This document shows, piece by piece, positions 11,617 through 25,534 of a DNA stretch of 64,000 nt (the stretch's first letter is position 1; each line of letters starts with the position of its first letter). Location of the stretch: NCBI GenBank assembly GCA_030324005.1, contig JARDVH010000031.1:53735314-53799313 (forward strand), given 5' to 3'. A model generated the notes under the pieces. It saw only the letters and a program-made list of their open reading frames with translations. It was not told where the DNA came from and did not search any database. The position numbers and the translations under genes were made by a program. The stretch comes from Negaprion brevirostris. Lineage: Eukaryota.

Positions 11617-12750
11617 TAACCCGAGACCATATCCCCTAGTTCAAACAGTTAGGCTGGAAGAAACAGTTTGAATTGTTATGGCATAAACCCATAATTTAAT
11701 GCTTCATGGTACAATTCACAAACTTATAAATGAACTGTACAACCTGACAGTGCCTTTGTATTTGCTCCTAATGTGTTATTTTTGCCCTAAGAATTTGTCA
11801 CAATAGCTCATTTTGTTCACAGGATTTTTTCCATCAGGACTGTTACATGTCACTGCATTGTGAATCAAATTTGGTGTAAGCTTCTCTGCTCTGGATTTAG
11901 GTGTAGCTGGTTGGCCTGTTTCCTCTTAGCTGAGATGCAAGTTTTGCTGCTTTCATGCGCCGTTGCTATTGGTTGCATGATTAGCCGGTATCACTTAGGT
12001 AAGGAAAAGCCACATCAAGACTCTCCAGATAAGGAATTTACAAGACACAGCATACAGTAATGTAGGTAGAATGCAGGTAATTCCCATGCAAAGGATTCTG
12101 TTTTATTGAAATACAAAAGTGAATGCATAATGCATTCACCTAAAATTTGGAGCTTGGCTGGTCACTTTGGATACTGATTCAAATGCAGCATTTACTTTTT
12201 ATGAAAGCATACCTCTCACTGAAACAAAAGAAAAATACATATTTTACATTGCTATATTACATTCCAAAAGAATTATGGAAATCTGAAATAAAAATGGAAA
12301 ATGCTTCAAAACTTAGCAGGTCAAACCCTATCTGTGGAAAGAGGATCAGGACAATTATACTTCAGCAGAACTCCCATTTACTTAGCAAACACCAAATGGG
12401 ATTTAGATTAGAGCATTGAAAGGACAATCCTGTCAACAAAATAGAAATTGACTTCCTAAATAGAAGGTGAATCTAAATACCTTCATGTGCAAAATTTGGT
12501 AAATATCTTAAACAAGTACACTTATTGAAGTGATATAGCACTTGCAGCATTAATCTTTGGTGAAACTTTTGCGTGTATTAATAGTAATAAAGTGTTTGAC
12601 AGGCCGTCTTTCATGAAGGGTGGGCCACTTACTGATTACATCTGTAGCGAAGGTAAAGAAGATAGTCATATTGATTTTCTGATGTTTATGTGACTTAGAT
12701 AATTTTTCCTAATTTTCCTCTTGGTAAATACATATGTATGTTTGTTACAG

Positions 12751-12856
12751 ATGCATTTGTGTAGAACCGCAAATCCTGAGCAACAAAACTTTGCAGTACT
12801 GGAATAACTTCAATATCACAGCAACAGAAATTCCATGGGGAAATATGACACTGTCA
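12751..12856 (+). CDS. slc4a10: SLC4A10-like exon, extracellular loop 3
   Basis: tttgttacAG|a...ctgtca|GTAAGT, 106 nt. CICVEPQILSNKTLQYWNNFNITATEIPWGNMTLS has the CxC motif and three N-glycosylation sequons (NKT, NIT, NMT). Confidence 0.92.
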
Positions 12857-13749
12857 GTAAGTTTGACTTGAAGCCACATATGTCAGATGTAATGGTGCGT
12901 GGGGGCATTTAGTGAACTTAGAAGGAAAACTAAGCTTTGGACAATCGTGCTTCTGCAAAATATATTTTGTTTAGAAAAACTGTATATATTAAAATGTAAA
13001 CAAATACAGTTATATCAATATTACAATTCTAATCTGAAACATGCAGGGTAATTAGTTTAATGGCATACAATTATACAAAATTTAGCATTCAGGTAACCTA
13101 CTTTTCACTCTGCAAGTAAAAGCAAATGATTTGTATGCTAGAAAAACTTGTAAGAGGAAACAGCAAGCTGAACTTTATTTGTGAGGTCAGGAATTAGATG
13201 TCAGGTGAATTCCTGAGTCTGGTTTGGCATCATGTTGGGTGTCAGATGCATGGCACATTTTTTAATGAACTGACCAATTAGTAACCAGGGCACACCTTCC
13301 AGCAATGACACATAGGCAGCCCATTGCCAGAGGTAGAAGCTGCCAGTGTGGGTGGGGGGAATGAGAGGACACCTCAAAATACTGATGCCCTTTGTTGCAT
13401 CATATGGTTGAAGTCTAGATGAGGATTTTGGGGACTGGCTATTCTCCCAAAGTATGCTGCTGTGGTCTCTGGTTTCTCAAAACCATTACTCTTTATTGTC
13501 AGCAAGCATTTACACATTTGGCACTCTACAAGAGGTTGGAATTTCTTCTTCCAGGTCTCTCTTACTTCTCAGTCATATGATCTGACATCATCACTACATC
13601 ACTGTCATGTATACTTCTGGTGTTAACGTTTGCTATCAGGCCATCTTTGTGAAGGGCAACCACTCATTGACTGGCTACTGACCTGAACTGTAGCCTGTGG
13701 CTATGACGAGTTCAATGGGGTGGTATTTCCTTACAGAATAAATTGCTGA

Positions 13750-16700
13750 CCAATTTAGGAGTGTATTTCAGGTTTAAGGACAACTGAGCTTCTTCATAAT
13801 TGTATGTCATTATTAAACTGAACTCGAGATGACAGCCTCCAGAGAGATGGCCTCTTGGCATAGTCACATGACAGTGGCAGTGCTATGTAGAACTGATTGC
13901 ATTTCAACCCCAAACAAGCCTTTCTCATACACAACAAAAATACAAATATCTCCGTTTTCCGAGAGAGCTCAAGACTAATTTGCATGCTTTAGCATGTATA
14001 GCTGAGTTACACAAGTTACCCACTACACACCCACAGCTGTCATGCATTCACAACTATTTGTTCTACCAATCAATCTCTGTACCTGATTGCATATTTAAAT
14101 CCTTTAAGAACTTAAATTGTGCACATCATTTAATGTTACTCATGCGCATTGACATTTGCTGCTTTTCCTAATGACGTTCCTTCTCCGGGGAATGTTGTTC
14201 TCATTGGCACTAGTTGCTGTGGTAACTGTTGTTGTTCCATTGTGGTTGTTGCCGGCTGGGATTGATGGTAGTGCTATACTCAGTAGAGCTGGTGAGATTC
14301 CTTCCTGACTTGCTGATTGGAATTTGCAATTCCTCTACGCATGTCCCACATTTTCACATTGGCTGAGAATGTAGAATGTTTGTACCTTGACTGACTTGCC
14401 AGTGCTCAGCTCTGAAAATGGTTTGGCACTCTTATCAAACCGAAATTTGGCTTTCTGCCATTTCACCTTCTGCATTGTAGCTGTGCTTCATGCGAGCTGG
14501 GTACAAATTCTGGCTGCAACATGGCTTTGGCGATCAGGATCATGCTCCTTTTGATCTGAAGAAGAGCTGTTGAGCTAAGGAGGGCAGAACATGTTGGGGA
14601 GATTAAGCAGGCTTAGACGCGCAACATAGAAATTAGTATTGTCCCATGCACACTTTTCCAGGAGATGTTTGGCAGAGCACACAGCACTTTCAACTGAGCC
14701 CTTTGGACTGTGGATATAATGGACTGGTTATTACATGAAGAAAATCTTAACTGGAAGCAAAAGTATGGAATTTAGCAGAGACACACTGGCTGGTAATTGT
14801 CAGTCATAACCTTTTTCTCTTTTGTTTGGTACAGTTTAAGCATGTTGCAGGGGGAGCAACTGGAGAGCTCTCTCTGAATATCAGCTTGCAAAGAGGACAA
14901 TACAGCAACTCCAAGATGTCCTTGATGGATTTGTTGAGCGTAGTACTGCTGGAGAGCAGGCGGAATGACAAATCGTGGGCCTCGCACGTTTAGAGCATCT
15001 TGAATGTTTAGTTCCTTTAAAAGCACAGAACACACACAGGCCACAAGGAAGCTCCTTTGAGGTTTCTGGCCAGCCTTGATGACATTGTGTAGTCAAGTGT
15101 ACATGACATCTCGCTATAACACCTGCTTCACCTACTGGATGTGGCAGGAGGAAAGAACATCTACCTCCATGATGCCAATGTCTGCCTCATGATCAGCCTG
15201 GTCTGTGGCAGATAGGAAGGCTCTGGAGATGGCATGGGCGAAGTAGAGTTCCTTGCTGCACTTGTACAGCACCTTGATATTTAGCATTGTAGGCTTAACG
15301 TCATGTATTGTAGCCATGCATTTGCAATGGAAGAGGCAGACAGGGTGGCTATGAGTGGTTGACGGTCAATTTGTACAGTTGCCGGATGATCACAGATAAA
15401 GTGTTGGAATTTTTGACATGCAAGAACAAGGACAATGAACTTTATTTGGATTTTCGTATACTGCATTTCTGAGTTACTGAATGCACTCGATGCAAAAGTT
15501 ACTGGCCTTCAATTTTGTAATGCATGCTGTATCAAGTCCACACTGTGACACATCTGTGAGATTAGGACAGGAGCTTGGACACTGGACTATTGTAAAACTG
15601 GTGGAAATGCCAATGATCATTTGAGTCTGTTGAACAATACTGTTCAACATATTTGTTTTTGCCAACGTCGTTCCATGTCCTGATGTAGGGCAAAGTGGAT
15701 CAATAATATCACTATAGTAAGGAATTGATTTTAAGACGTAGTTTGTCACACTCAAGAAATGCTGTAAAGCGTGCAGGTTGGTCGGAATGTGCATTTGCTG
15801 TTTGTCCGCAGTCTTCTCTGGATTGGGTTTTACATCACCATCTATTTGTAGGTGGCCCACATACTGCACTTGGTTGAACTTGAATTGATACTTTGTAGTG
15901 TTGAGCGTCAAATTGATATCCCTGACTTTGTTTAGGATATAATGACAGCAATTATCATATTCTGTGACAGTACGACCTCAGATTAGGAGGTCATCAAATA
16001 TAATTTCAGGTGATTGATCTGCAAAGAGCTGTTCTATAAGGCACTGTAATTCCCCACTGCTGGTAGAGGTACCATATGGCATTCAGAGAAAGTGATATCT
16101 GCCTACTGGGGACATGAATGTAGTCAATCTTGAGGATGCCAGCAGGATTTGCCAAAATCTGCATTTTGTGTCTAACACACTAAATACTCTTGCTTGTGGT
16201 ATGTCTAAGATGACCTGTTCTACAGTCTTCATGGGGTGAAGTGGCCTGAGTAGTGTTTTGGATTACAGGGTTAATACATATGCTGACTGTACCATCTTTT
16301 TACTGTGCTACCATTGTTGAAACCCATTCTGTGGCCTCTTCCACTGAGGTAATTACGCTCGTTTCTGCCATTCGATGTCGCTCATTGATGACCTTCAGCT
16401 TCATCATAATCAATATCCTTCTTGGTGCACATTGTTGGTGTGACCGAGTCATCTAATCTAGTCATCTATGGTATATAACCGGGAGCTTGTCTGACAGTCA
16501 ATAATGTCACTGTAACTTGTCACCTCCGGGGCTTGAAGTTGCACAGTATGGATTTTTGGGCCAAGTTGAATGAGCCCTAACAAGATGCAGTCCCCGAGCC
16601 CTAGTAACGGTTCAATATTTTGGGCAACTATGTGGATGTTGAAGTTTCTCTGTATGCGGTGAAGTGTGGCCATGACCGTGGNNNNNNNNNNNNNNNNNNN

Positions 16701-18040
16701 NNNNNNNNNNNNNNNNNNNNNNNNNNNNNNNNNNNNNNNNNNNNNNNNNNNNNNNNNNNNNNNNNNNNNNNNNNNNNNNNNNNNNNNNNNNNNNNNNNNN
16801 NNNNNNNNNNNNNNNNNNNNNNNNNNNNNNNNNNNNNNNNNNNNNNNNNNNNNNNNNNNNNNNNNNNNNNNNNNGCACACTTTCACACCGTAACACGGAT
16901 GATTGCATTGATGGTGCTTTGGGCACTTCATTCAGATGGCACTGTAATTTACTAATCCTAGTTACATGTCTGCCCCTGGGTACTGCTGGCATGGGAGAAA
17001 GACTGCTGTCATTCGGCAAAGTGATTCTACTTCCACAGTGATGACACTTTTTTCCAAAGGCAAAACATTGTACCCTGTTTGGAGGGTGCTGGCCACTGCA
17101 GTTGATGCAAGGCAGCCCCTGAACTAAAAATACTTCAATGTCCCACCAAAATGCTGCCGTTTCCCCCTGGCAATCTTTATGCAGTGTTTCAGATTGTTCA
17201 TCAATTGTGTATGCAGGCTGTTGCAGTTGATGCAGAGCACCCACTGTACTGGGAATACATCTCTTTCCCTCCTAAACCATGCTGTTTCCTGCCTGAATTC
17301 TCTGACCTCTTGGACTACTCGTTTAAAATGCACATTTCTAAAGCAGACTCGAAAGTCAAGTCCTTCTGTTTCAGTCACTATTTTTGGAATACATTATTCT
17401 CAGTGCCTCCTACCAACTGATCGCCAACAAATTCTTCGGTAAACACTCCAAATGCACATTTTGCTGCTAAGATCTTTAGTGTGTGCATGAAGGACTGGAT
17501 TGATTTGAATGGTTCCTGTTTAGTAGAATGGAATAAAATTAAAATGGTGGTCTAAAATTATCCTTTTAAGCGGGGAGCGTATTTCAATGAATTTCTGTAG
17601 GATAATTGCAGGACCTACTTTGTTCTTCTGAATCAAATTTAAACAATCTAAACTTTGCAATTGCTGTGCTCAGGCTTGTACCTTTTTAGTTCTTTTAGAC
17701 AGTACTGCACCACAGAAGATGCTCAATTCCTGCTTCAATCTGTCCCAATTTTCTGCCACATTCTCATTGGAAAGAAATGTGTCTGTGTTTCATAGTCATA
17801 CTGCCAGTCCTGACACCTTGTAGATTTGGGTGGTCTTTAAATCAATAACTGCACAAGGGACTTTCAACAAATGGGAGATTTATCAACTGAATGCACAAAC
17901 TTGTATTAACTTATCTACTCTGCCTGAGGTTGTGGGGAATTCTGACCAGCTCCAACTCCATGATGCTGCACGTGCCCACATCATCATGTATCACGAGACA
18001 ACCTGGTCTACAGAACTGATTGCATTTTAAACCCAAACAG
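13750..18040 (-). mobile_element. Decayed Ty3/Gypsy LTR retrotransposon
   Basis: Gag start NVAENWDRLKQE and CCHC-like knuckles (CINC..H..C; CHHC). RT TTFMSPVGRYHF.MPYG and IIFDDLLI. RNase H DVSQCGL; integrase HQGHLG...CSPC. Direct repeat agaactgattgcattt.aa.cccaaaca at 13889-13916 and 18012-18039; PBS-like aggtgtcagga near 17810-17820. Confidence 0.85.
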
Positions 18041-18581
18041 CGTGGAATGCTCTGCAAGCAGTCAGCCTCCAATTATATTTGTCAGGCCCATTTTTAGGCA
18101 TTTTGAGTGTCTGCTTAAAACAGGTGTTAAGCCACTTGCATCTGTCAAATAGGGGCCTAATGTCTGTCAGAGGTCCCCTTTAACTGGGAAAAGGGAAATC
18201 ATTGCAAGGTTAGCTTGCACAGAGCTAGATAGTCAGTTATTTTGTGGAAATCAGGTCAATAAATTTGAAGGTGGGTTTCATGAAAGATGAACTTTCATTT
18301 GCAACAGAAGAGGTAAGAACAAACTTTTAGAAGATGCAGGTTCAAAGATAGAAATAAACACAACTTAACCAGTCAGGCATAAAGTGGAAGTACAAAATAT
18401 TTTTCCAATACAAACATTGCAAGAAGAATTAAAGTGCTTAATTTATTCTGTCATTTATTGGCATAACTATTTATTGTGGAACTGTTCATTTAACGACATG
18501 ATCAGCTCTCAAAGATCAAATTTACAAAATTCTGTTGCAGTTTAGTCTGTGAGCTACTGACGGGACATGTTTGTGTTTTAG

Positions 18582-18743
18582 GAATGCATACAATTTCACG
18601 GAGACTTTGTTGGGACAGCCTGTGGACACCATGGTCCGTATGTTCCAGATGTTCTGTTCTGGTCAATTATACTGTTCTTTTCCACATGTACATTATCACA
18701 TTTCCTGAAGCAATTTAAAACCAGCCGGTACTTTCCTACAAAG
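18582..18743 (+). CDS. slc4a10: SLC4A10-like exon (end of EL3, TM6)
   Basis: gtgttttAG|gaa...aag|GTAAAA, 162 nt. ECIQFHGDFVGTACGHHGPYVPDVLFWSIILFFSTCTLSHFLKQFKTSRYFPTK. Confidence 0.93.
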
Positions 18744-19189
18744 GTAAAAGTTTTTATTATTACAGCTCAACAGTGTTCTGAAGGAAAACGGTCTTTGTGA
18801 AAAATACTTGACAACTCTTTCTTGCTTAAGGAAGTAGAAGTTTTTATCATCAGTGATAAAATATACAAAGTTCACAGTGCTCAACGTGACTTATTTACAG
18901 TATGGTTTATCATGAACTCAGTGTCTGTTTCAATTTGCTGCTTGTTAGTGCAGAAAACATTGCCATCTAGTGCATACTCAGAAGAATAACAGGTATTTGA
19001 AAGCAAACTGAGGTGTAGAAATGGTACAATTTTGAGATATAATTACCAGTGCTTTGAAATTAATTTTAAGCTTCGTTTTGTTTTTTGGCATTTGAATGAG
19101 TTGTGGTCTGTTCTATTTGCTGAGCTGGAAAATAGTAGTCATAAAATTTGGTAATTGATGTGTGGTTTTTCAATGCTTTTGAATGCGTT

Positions 19190-20160
19190 CTGCCTCCAAA
19201 ATTGTGCCGATGGCATGTGCCTGCTTCATACTGCATCATCCTGGCACAGACGGCAGGGTGGAGTGGCAGGCTGGCAGGTAACAAGGACATTGGCAGGGAG
19301 ATATTGATGGGAGGACATGTGCCAACATCCTGAGAGAGGACAGTCCTTTTGTGCTCAGTGGTACTACTATCATGCACCATGGCAGCACCTCAGCACACCT
19401 AGTCATCTGTTTGAGGACAAGTTGTTGGACTGCTATGAGACCCTACAAGTCTGTTTGAACATTTGTGTCTACATCCATGAGACAGTAATGAGCTGAACTT
19501 GCCATCTTCAGTCTGAGTTTCCACTGAAATATTCACATGTTAGATGATTCCCCTTATGCTGCAATTTCTGTTCAGTGGCTTCTCTTAAGCTGTAATGGAG
19601 GCTCGGACATTGGCCATTGGATACTGTATTGTGGTCGGGTCCATGATTGTGCTAATGAAATTGGCCACTACTCCAACTCTGGAAAGAATGGACTATAAGC
19701 TCTGAGCAAAGCATTAAGGCAAGTCAATGTGGCCTATCTCTTGCATCTTCTGTGATAGTGAGCACAAGCTTTCTACCCACCAGGCACTTTCTGCTGGCCA
19801 CCCCATGAAAGCGTATGTGAATTCTCTGCAGTATAAATCATGTGTGATCCTACACCCGTTAAGTTGGCCTGGTTCCTTGGCTGCAGGCAAAGGAAGATTA
19901 GATAAGGAGTTGCCATCATCTGTCATGGTTTCAGCCCCACTGCTGACCATAACCTCTGTGATGGCTACTCCAATGATGGCAATCATCATTTCCTCCATTG
20001 GGGTAAGGATATGCAGATGTGCCTATCTCCTATTGGTTAGTTTCTGCTGCCTCTGGTTATGCACCACCTTGGCTTGCAAAAAAGAAGGTCAGTGTGTTTT
20101 GAGTGGCATGGCTGCATGTGTAGTATTTGATAAAGACTATTGGTTTGCACATTAGGGGCT
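19190..20160 (-). mobile_element. Probable Harbinger transposase remnant
   Basis: Very degenerate RGII*HVNI resembling the GxIDxTHI motif near 19530-19555, next to a TIR-like ggggctggatttt. Confidence 0.35.
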
Positions 20161-21168
20161 GGATTTTTCCAGGGGTGGGAAAAACATGAAGGGACAATTT
20201 TTCACTGTCACTGAGGGGGGGAGGAACATTCACGCACTGAGAATTTTAGGAGGTGCCCACTTAATTGGTCTGGATGCAGGTTCTCCATCCAATTAAAGAT
20301 AGCTGGTGGGCTTTCAAAAATGGAAGGCCAATGAAAGGTTAGGAATGGAAGATGCCTTGGCTCCAACTTACAAAAGATTTTAATAAAAACTAGTTATTGT
20401 AGCCAGGCTACCACTTCCTCGCTCCCTGCTCCTTTCCCACAGACTGTCTATCATACTCACCTACTCAGGGACCAATAGCGTCAGTCTCGTATTCGATAGA
20501 ACTGTGTGTGCCAGTTAGTATGGAGTCAGTCTTAGCTTGTGCCTTTTACTGTATACTTGTAAATAGTTCCAGGAGACAGTGAGGATTAAGTTAACCCATG
20601 TATGATTATGAGGACTTCTTAAGACCTATCAAACAGTAACCAATACCCTACAATAATATAGATCTTTGGGTGTGAGAAGGAAGGAAATAATGGCAGAAGC
20701 ATGTCACGTTATTCTCTATGGAGACTGGAGGATGACTGTTCTCTCTGAGCTTACAAACAACAATTTTACACTTAGCTTTGTAGGACTTCTTCCTTGCATT
20801 ACTATCACACCTGATTCAATGCAGCCCATAAGACTGTAAGAGGTTTAAAGAGAGTGTCCAGGTCCATGATCTAAATGAATAATTGCACTTTCGTCTCCCC
20901 ACCTCCCCTCTCCCACCTGCAGTTGTGTTTTTTGCTGTTCATTCCTGCATGACAGTGCAGTTTTCTAGCCTCAATCAGTACTGCCATCATTCCTAAGCCT
21001 TTGTGAGGTGCCTAAACCTTTATTTTTATTTTTAGCTTTAGCCTAGACATGAAACACCTTAATCTACAATATCCACGCATTTGTTGTGACTAATATTTCA
21101 CTCCTATTGCCAGTAAATCATTGAGTCCTTTTAAAATATGAGTAATGAGATTTACTTTCTTATCACAG

Positions 21169-21282
21169 GTACGATCAACAGTCAGTGATTTTGCTGTCTT
21201 TCTTAGTATTGCAACTATGGTTTTAATTGACTATGGACTTGGTATCCCATCGCCAAAGCTCCAAGTTCCCAGTGTTTTCAAG
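21169..21282 (+). CDS. slc4a10: SLC4A10-like exon (TM7)
   Basis: cttatcacAG|gta...aag|GTAACG, 114 nt. VRSTVSDFAVFLSIATMVLIDYGLGIPSPKLQVPSVFK. Confidence 0.94.
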
Positions 21283-21927
21283 GTAACGTGTATAATTAAT
21301 TTTGCAAGTTACTTTAATAGGGCATTTTCTATAACAGGTTTTAACAAATGGAACCTGAGAAGGTTGCAGCACCTAAGTGATCATGAGACACAAAGAGATG
21401 ACTTTTCCCAGTCTGAGAGTGCACATTTAGAAGTGGAGGTGCAGGAAAATACTAAGAAACTCTCTCAGGATGGTTTCATATTGCTGTCGTGCATTCAGGT
21501 GGCTTTGTCAGGGGCAGGTAGCCACAGGAATTGGCAGATTGCTCCATGAGCGTTGAAACCATCTAAGGTCCCAACTAAAGGCTACTTTTCCCCCACCTCT
21601 GTAACTTGCCTGGCATTGCATGTGTCTCTTGTTGTATCAGGGTCCGGCAATGGATCAGGGTCAGCTTCGCAATGGGAGGTCTGAGTTCAGACTCATTTAT
21701 TTGTTGGCCATAATTCTTAAAGAAAATCTATCCCCAAGCAGTAAGCAATTTTGAACTTGGTTCTACTGGAGAAAGACCTGAAGGTTTAAGGGCGGAATAT
21801 CTGATCTTGGTCATTACTACCCCCTGCCGGCAAGAATGGAGAATTTGGTACTCATCCTCATGTTGGCTGAATTTTTGGATTGTAATTATTGTAAGAAGAA
21901 ACCTCCCAAAAGGATTTTTAAAAATAA

Positions 21928-23918
21928 TGGGCAGAATTTTCTCAAAAAAATCTAAGTGTCGAATGGGCAAGAAAATGGTAGGTTATCTCGCCATTTTTTT
22001 TCAGTGAGGTAAGTAATGCGAGCGTATGGCAATCAGTGGGAAATAGGAGTCATGCAAATCCTGCCAGTATAGTGGGGGAACTTCAGCGCGCCGGTGAAGC
22101 CAGCTGCTGAGCTCCTGGGGTGCCATTATGTATGCTGTCGGCACAGTATACTGGGAGATCTCCTGTCACTCCGCCCCTCCCCACCATGGACCTTGATTCT
22201 CCCACAATTCCAATTACCACCCTGGACATTGACCTCCCAGCCCCCGATCGCTGCCCCACATATTGCCTTGCCCCATCTCCCACTGTTCAAACACCCACTC
22301 TGCTGAGTTACCCTCCTTCCCTCCACCCCACTACAGAACTCCCCCCTACCTATCCCCCACTAGGCTCTACCCCTTCTCAGTCTCCAACCCTTCAGTCCCC
22401 AAACTCTCAGGCCCCGCCCCAGAACTGCCAGGGTGCCTGGTGGGAGATGTCAGTGTGGGAAGAATTGTGATTCTCACCAGTGAGGACTTCGATCATCGAA
22501 GGAGTTAAGGTAGGTGAGCTCAGATGATAACATCCAGGACTTTTTTTTTATTCATGGGACATGGGCATCACTGGCTGACCAGCATTTATTGCCCATCCCT
22601 GGTTGCCCAAGGGCAGTTGACACTCAATCACATTGCTGTGGCTCTAGAGTCACATGTAGGCCAGACCAGGTAAGGACGACAGATTTTCTTCCCTAAAGGA
22701 GAGTAATGCCCTTCTTAGGCGTGAAGCTGATATTGCCTGCAAAACAGTGATAGTAAGGTCGCGAGAGGTGAACAGCAGGGTGCGAATCCAATTTTTTTGT
22801 CTGTTACCCTATCTTACCGGCTCACCATGCCTATTGACCAACATGGCAAACCTATAAGGTTATGCCCAAATTTTACATCTTAACATGGATATGGATTCAC
22901 AGTATACTATTTCTGAGATTCTGGACTTGTAAATGGAATTGGACCATGCGGAGTATGATTCTTGTGTGTATTGCATGTAATAAGGTAGTTATTAAGGTAT
23001 GTAACATAAGGAGGTCAGTTGGTGATTCTAATGATCATGATTGACAAGCAGCAGCGACATCAGCTTGCTGTTGCACATGGCCAGGACCAACGTCCTGCAG
23101 GGGAGGGGGAGGCTGGGCCCACCTACTCTTCCGGGGGAACAACTGCAGATGGTGTAGCCTCATAGAAGACACTACTGGCAAAGGGTCTTTTGCTATCAAA
23201 CATTCTACTTCCAGATGTCAGAGCTGTAATGCCAGAGAAGATTGTGTCCATCCCGAGAGATGGTGAACCACCTTTGCTAGGTCGTACAAGAGCTGCTACC
23301 ACATGGACTGAGAGCTCACCCGCATCATTGTGGTCTGCTGTGCTCTCCACAACTATGTAGATATTTGAGAACCTGCGAGGTGGCTTGGTGAGAGATCTTT
23401 GTCGAGGTGAGAGCGGTGCAGCTGGAGACTTGAGGGGGCAGACTTACCTGGCTGTGGGGAAAGATGGTCATTCATCTTCTTGCAGCACTGCTGCCCTGTC
23501 CTCTTCCATAGCGAGCTGGCACTTACTAAGGCTGCCACAGCCCCTCAAGCAGGGGATGGTGATCTTGGTGGAAGGATGTCTGCAGGTACAGGACATCCTG
23601 CCTCTGCTCCACAGCATACAGGAGTTTGGTCAGGACTCCCTCGGAGAATCTTGGTGCTGGTCCCTGGCAGCCATCTCCTTGAGGGGTCTGGGACAAGTGC
23701 TGGGGGTGCCTGTGTACGGAGCGGTCCATTGATTGCAGAGGTGAAGTTATCCTGGAGTGAATGATTCAGCTGCCACGAGCATGACATGATTAGCGTAAAT
23801 AAAAAAAATCTGAAAGAAACTCAATTTGATGAGATTTCCCTTTGCTGGTGCCAATGGGATTCACACCGGCTTTCTCCCCGGAACCAATAGTTTGAAAAAA
23901 AATGGTAAGATTTCACCC
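21928..23918 (-). mobile_element. Harbinger-type element with a Myb/SANT-like ORF remnant
   Basis: APRFSEGVLTKLLYAVEQRQDVL...KKMNDH on the minus strand. Ends gggcagaattttctc and gtaagatttcaccc are imperfect inverted repeats. A SINE is inserted at 22535-22700. Confidence 0.65.
22535..22700 (-). mobile_element. SINE 3' half (same family as 53475-53740)
   Basis: Reverse of ggcctacatgtgactctagagccacagcaatgtgattgagt...gggatgggcaataaatgctgg. Confidence 0.65.
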
Positions 23919-24314
23919 ATTGTAAATTGTAATATTTTAACTGGAATAAATCAAAAAGTATCATGAAGGTGATGTACATTCATTTCTTCTGTGTGGTGGG
24001 GTGGGGAGTGGGGGGTGGGGGGTGCTGGTGTGGAGTTGATGTGAAAATCTAGTTCATAATCCATATGTTTTAGAATATAACTTCTACTTTTAGGAATTAT
24101 AATATTAACTAGATAATTTGGGGCTCTAACAAAATTATAACAGATGCCATGAGAATACTTCCTGTAATTTAAAAATAATTGACAGATTGAAATTTTTACT
24201 TGTTGCCTTTGGAGCAATCTCAATCGTAAGATCAACAAAGTTGTCTCATAGTCATACCGTTAGGCAAGTAATCTAAATATTTAAACTTATAATCTAAATA
24301 TCTAAACTTAGTAA

Positions 24315-24422
24315 GATAGAGGGTTATAGGTAAGCCTAGTAATCCCTAAGATTGGGACACGTTCGGCACAACTTTGTGGGCTGAAGGGCCTGTATTGTGC
24401 TGTAGTTTTTCTATGTTTCTAT
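24315..24422 (+). mobile_element. CR1 3' tail
   Basis: ggcacaactttgtgggctgaagggcctgtattgtgctgtagttttctatgtttctat. Confidence 0.7.
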
Positions 24423-24528
24423 TTAGCTAAGAAATTTAAAGTGAAGAAGGAATAAAGACACCATAATGTGGTGCCAGGGATCTGCTTCATTGCAAATATT
24501 TTGATTTTTGATTTTTTTTTTGTTGTAG

Positions 24529-24690
24529 CCAACTAGGGATGACCGTGGTTGGTTAATTAATCCTTTGGGTCCAAACCCATGGTGGACAATAATAGCAGCT
24601 TTTATTCCAGCCCTGCTTTGTACTATACTGATCTTCATGGACCAGCAAATCACTGCAGTTATTATAAACAGGAAAGAACACAAATTGAAG
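24529..24690 (+). CDS. slc4a10: SLC4A10-like exon (TM8)
   Basis: Poly-T tract, ttgtAG|cca...aag|GTGGGT, 162 nt. [54 protein letters not shown]. Confidence 0.94.
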
Positions 24691-25313
24691 GTGGGTGTAG
24701 ACATGATCTTTGAATAAGCAACACATTTTAATCAGTATTATTTTTAAATGCATTGTCTGCTTTGAGTTTGTTAGTCTTCTGTATGGTGCATTCTTGATTA
24801 TGTAAATTAAGTTTGGAATGTGTCATTACCTTAATGATGATAAACAGCCAAGTTGTTTTTTTAATCTATTGCAACACTGGTGCACTGTGCTTATGAAATT
24901 GAAATTTTATTCAAACCTTCAGGCAGAATCATGAGCACGTTGCCTCGTCTTTACTTTATTTGGATCATTTCCCCATTTAAGTTGGCTGTGCTTGTGTTAT
25001 TACTTTATTTGACCTTCTCCTTCCACTCATTCCTTCAACGGGCAACATTAAGCATTTTTTACCAGGCTAAACGCATTGGCTTTAATGGTTTCTAAATGAC
25101 AATAAAGTAGTACTGAATACATTCACTTATAACTGAGCACTTATTGTTTGGACACCAAATTCTGCGCAAGTTTGCTAATTTCAATCAGTTGAGGATGGTT
25201 ATAATGGCCCTTTCTGTGGCTGGTTTTGTAATCTGTAATTATGGAAAAACTTGTGGGATGTTTATGTGTGATGTATATATGGCTGATGTAAAAAGAAAGA
25301 ATTCTTAGAGTTT

Positions 25314-25534
25314 CGTGGGTTTCCTTCGGGTGCTCTGATTTCCTCCCATAGTCCAAAAGATTTGTGGATTAGGTTGAATAGCCATGCTAAGTTGCTCCTC
25401 ACTGTCAGGGGAATTAGCTGTGTAAATACATAGGGCTATAGGGATAGCATCTGGGTGGGATTGTTGTAGGCGCATGCCCGATGGGCCGAATAGCCTCCTT
25501 ATGCACTGTAGGTATTTTATGATTCTATGATTCT
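25314..25534 (+). mobile_element. HE1-type V-SINE, 5' truncated
   Basis: V-domain plus tail gggccgaatagcctccttatgcactgtagg...atgattctatgattct. Confidence 0.8.

Noticed and set aside
22083-22508. Pro-rich ORFs or CpG-island-like segment (also 33620-34150)
   Set aside because: C-rich interiors of non-autonomous DNA transposons, with no splice context.
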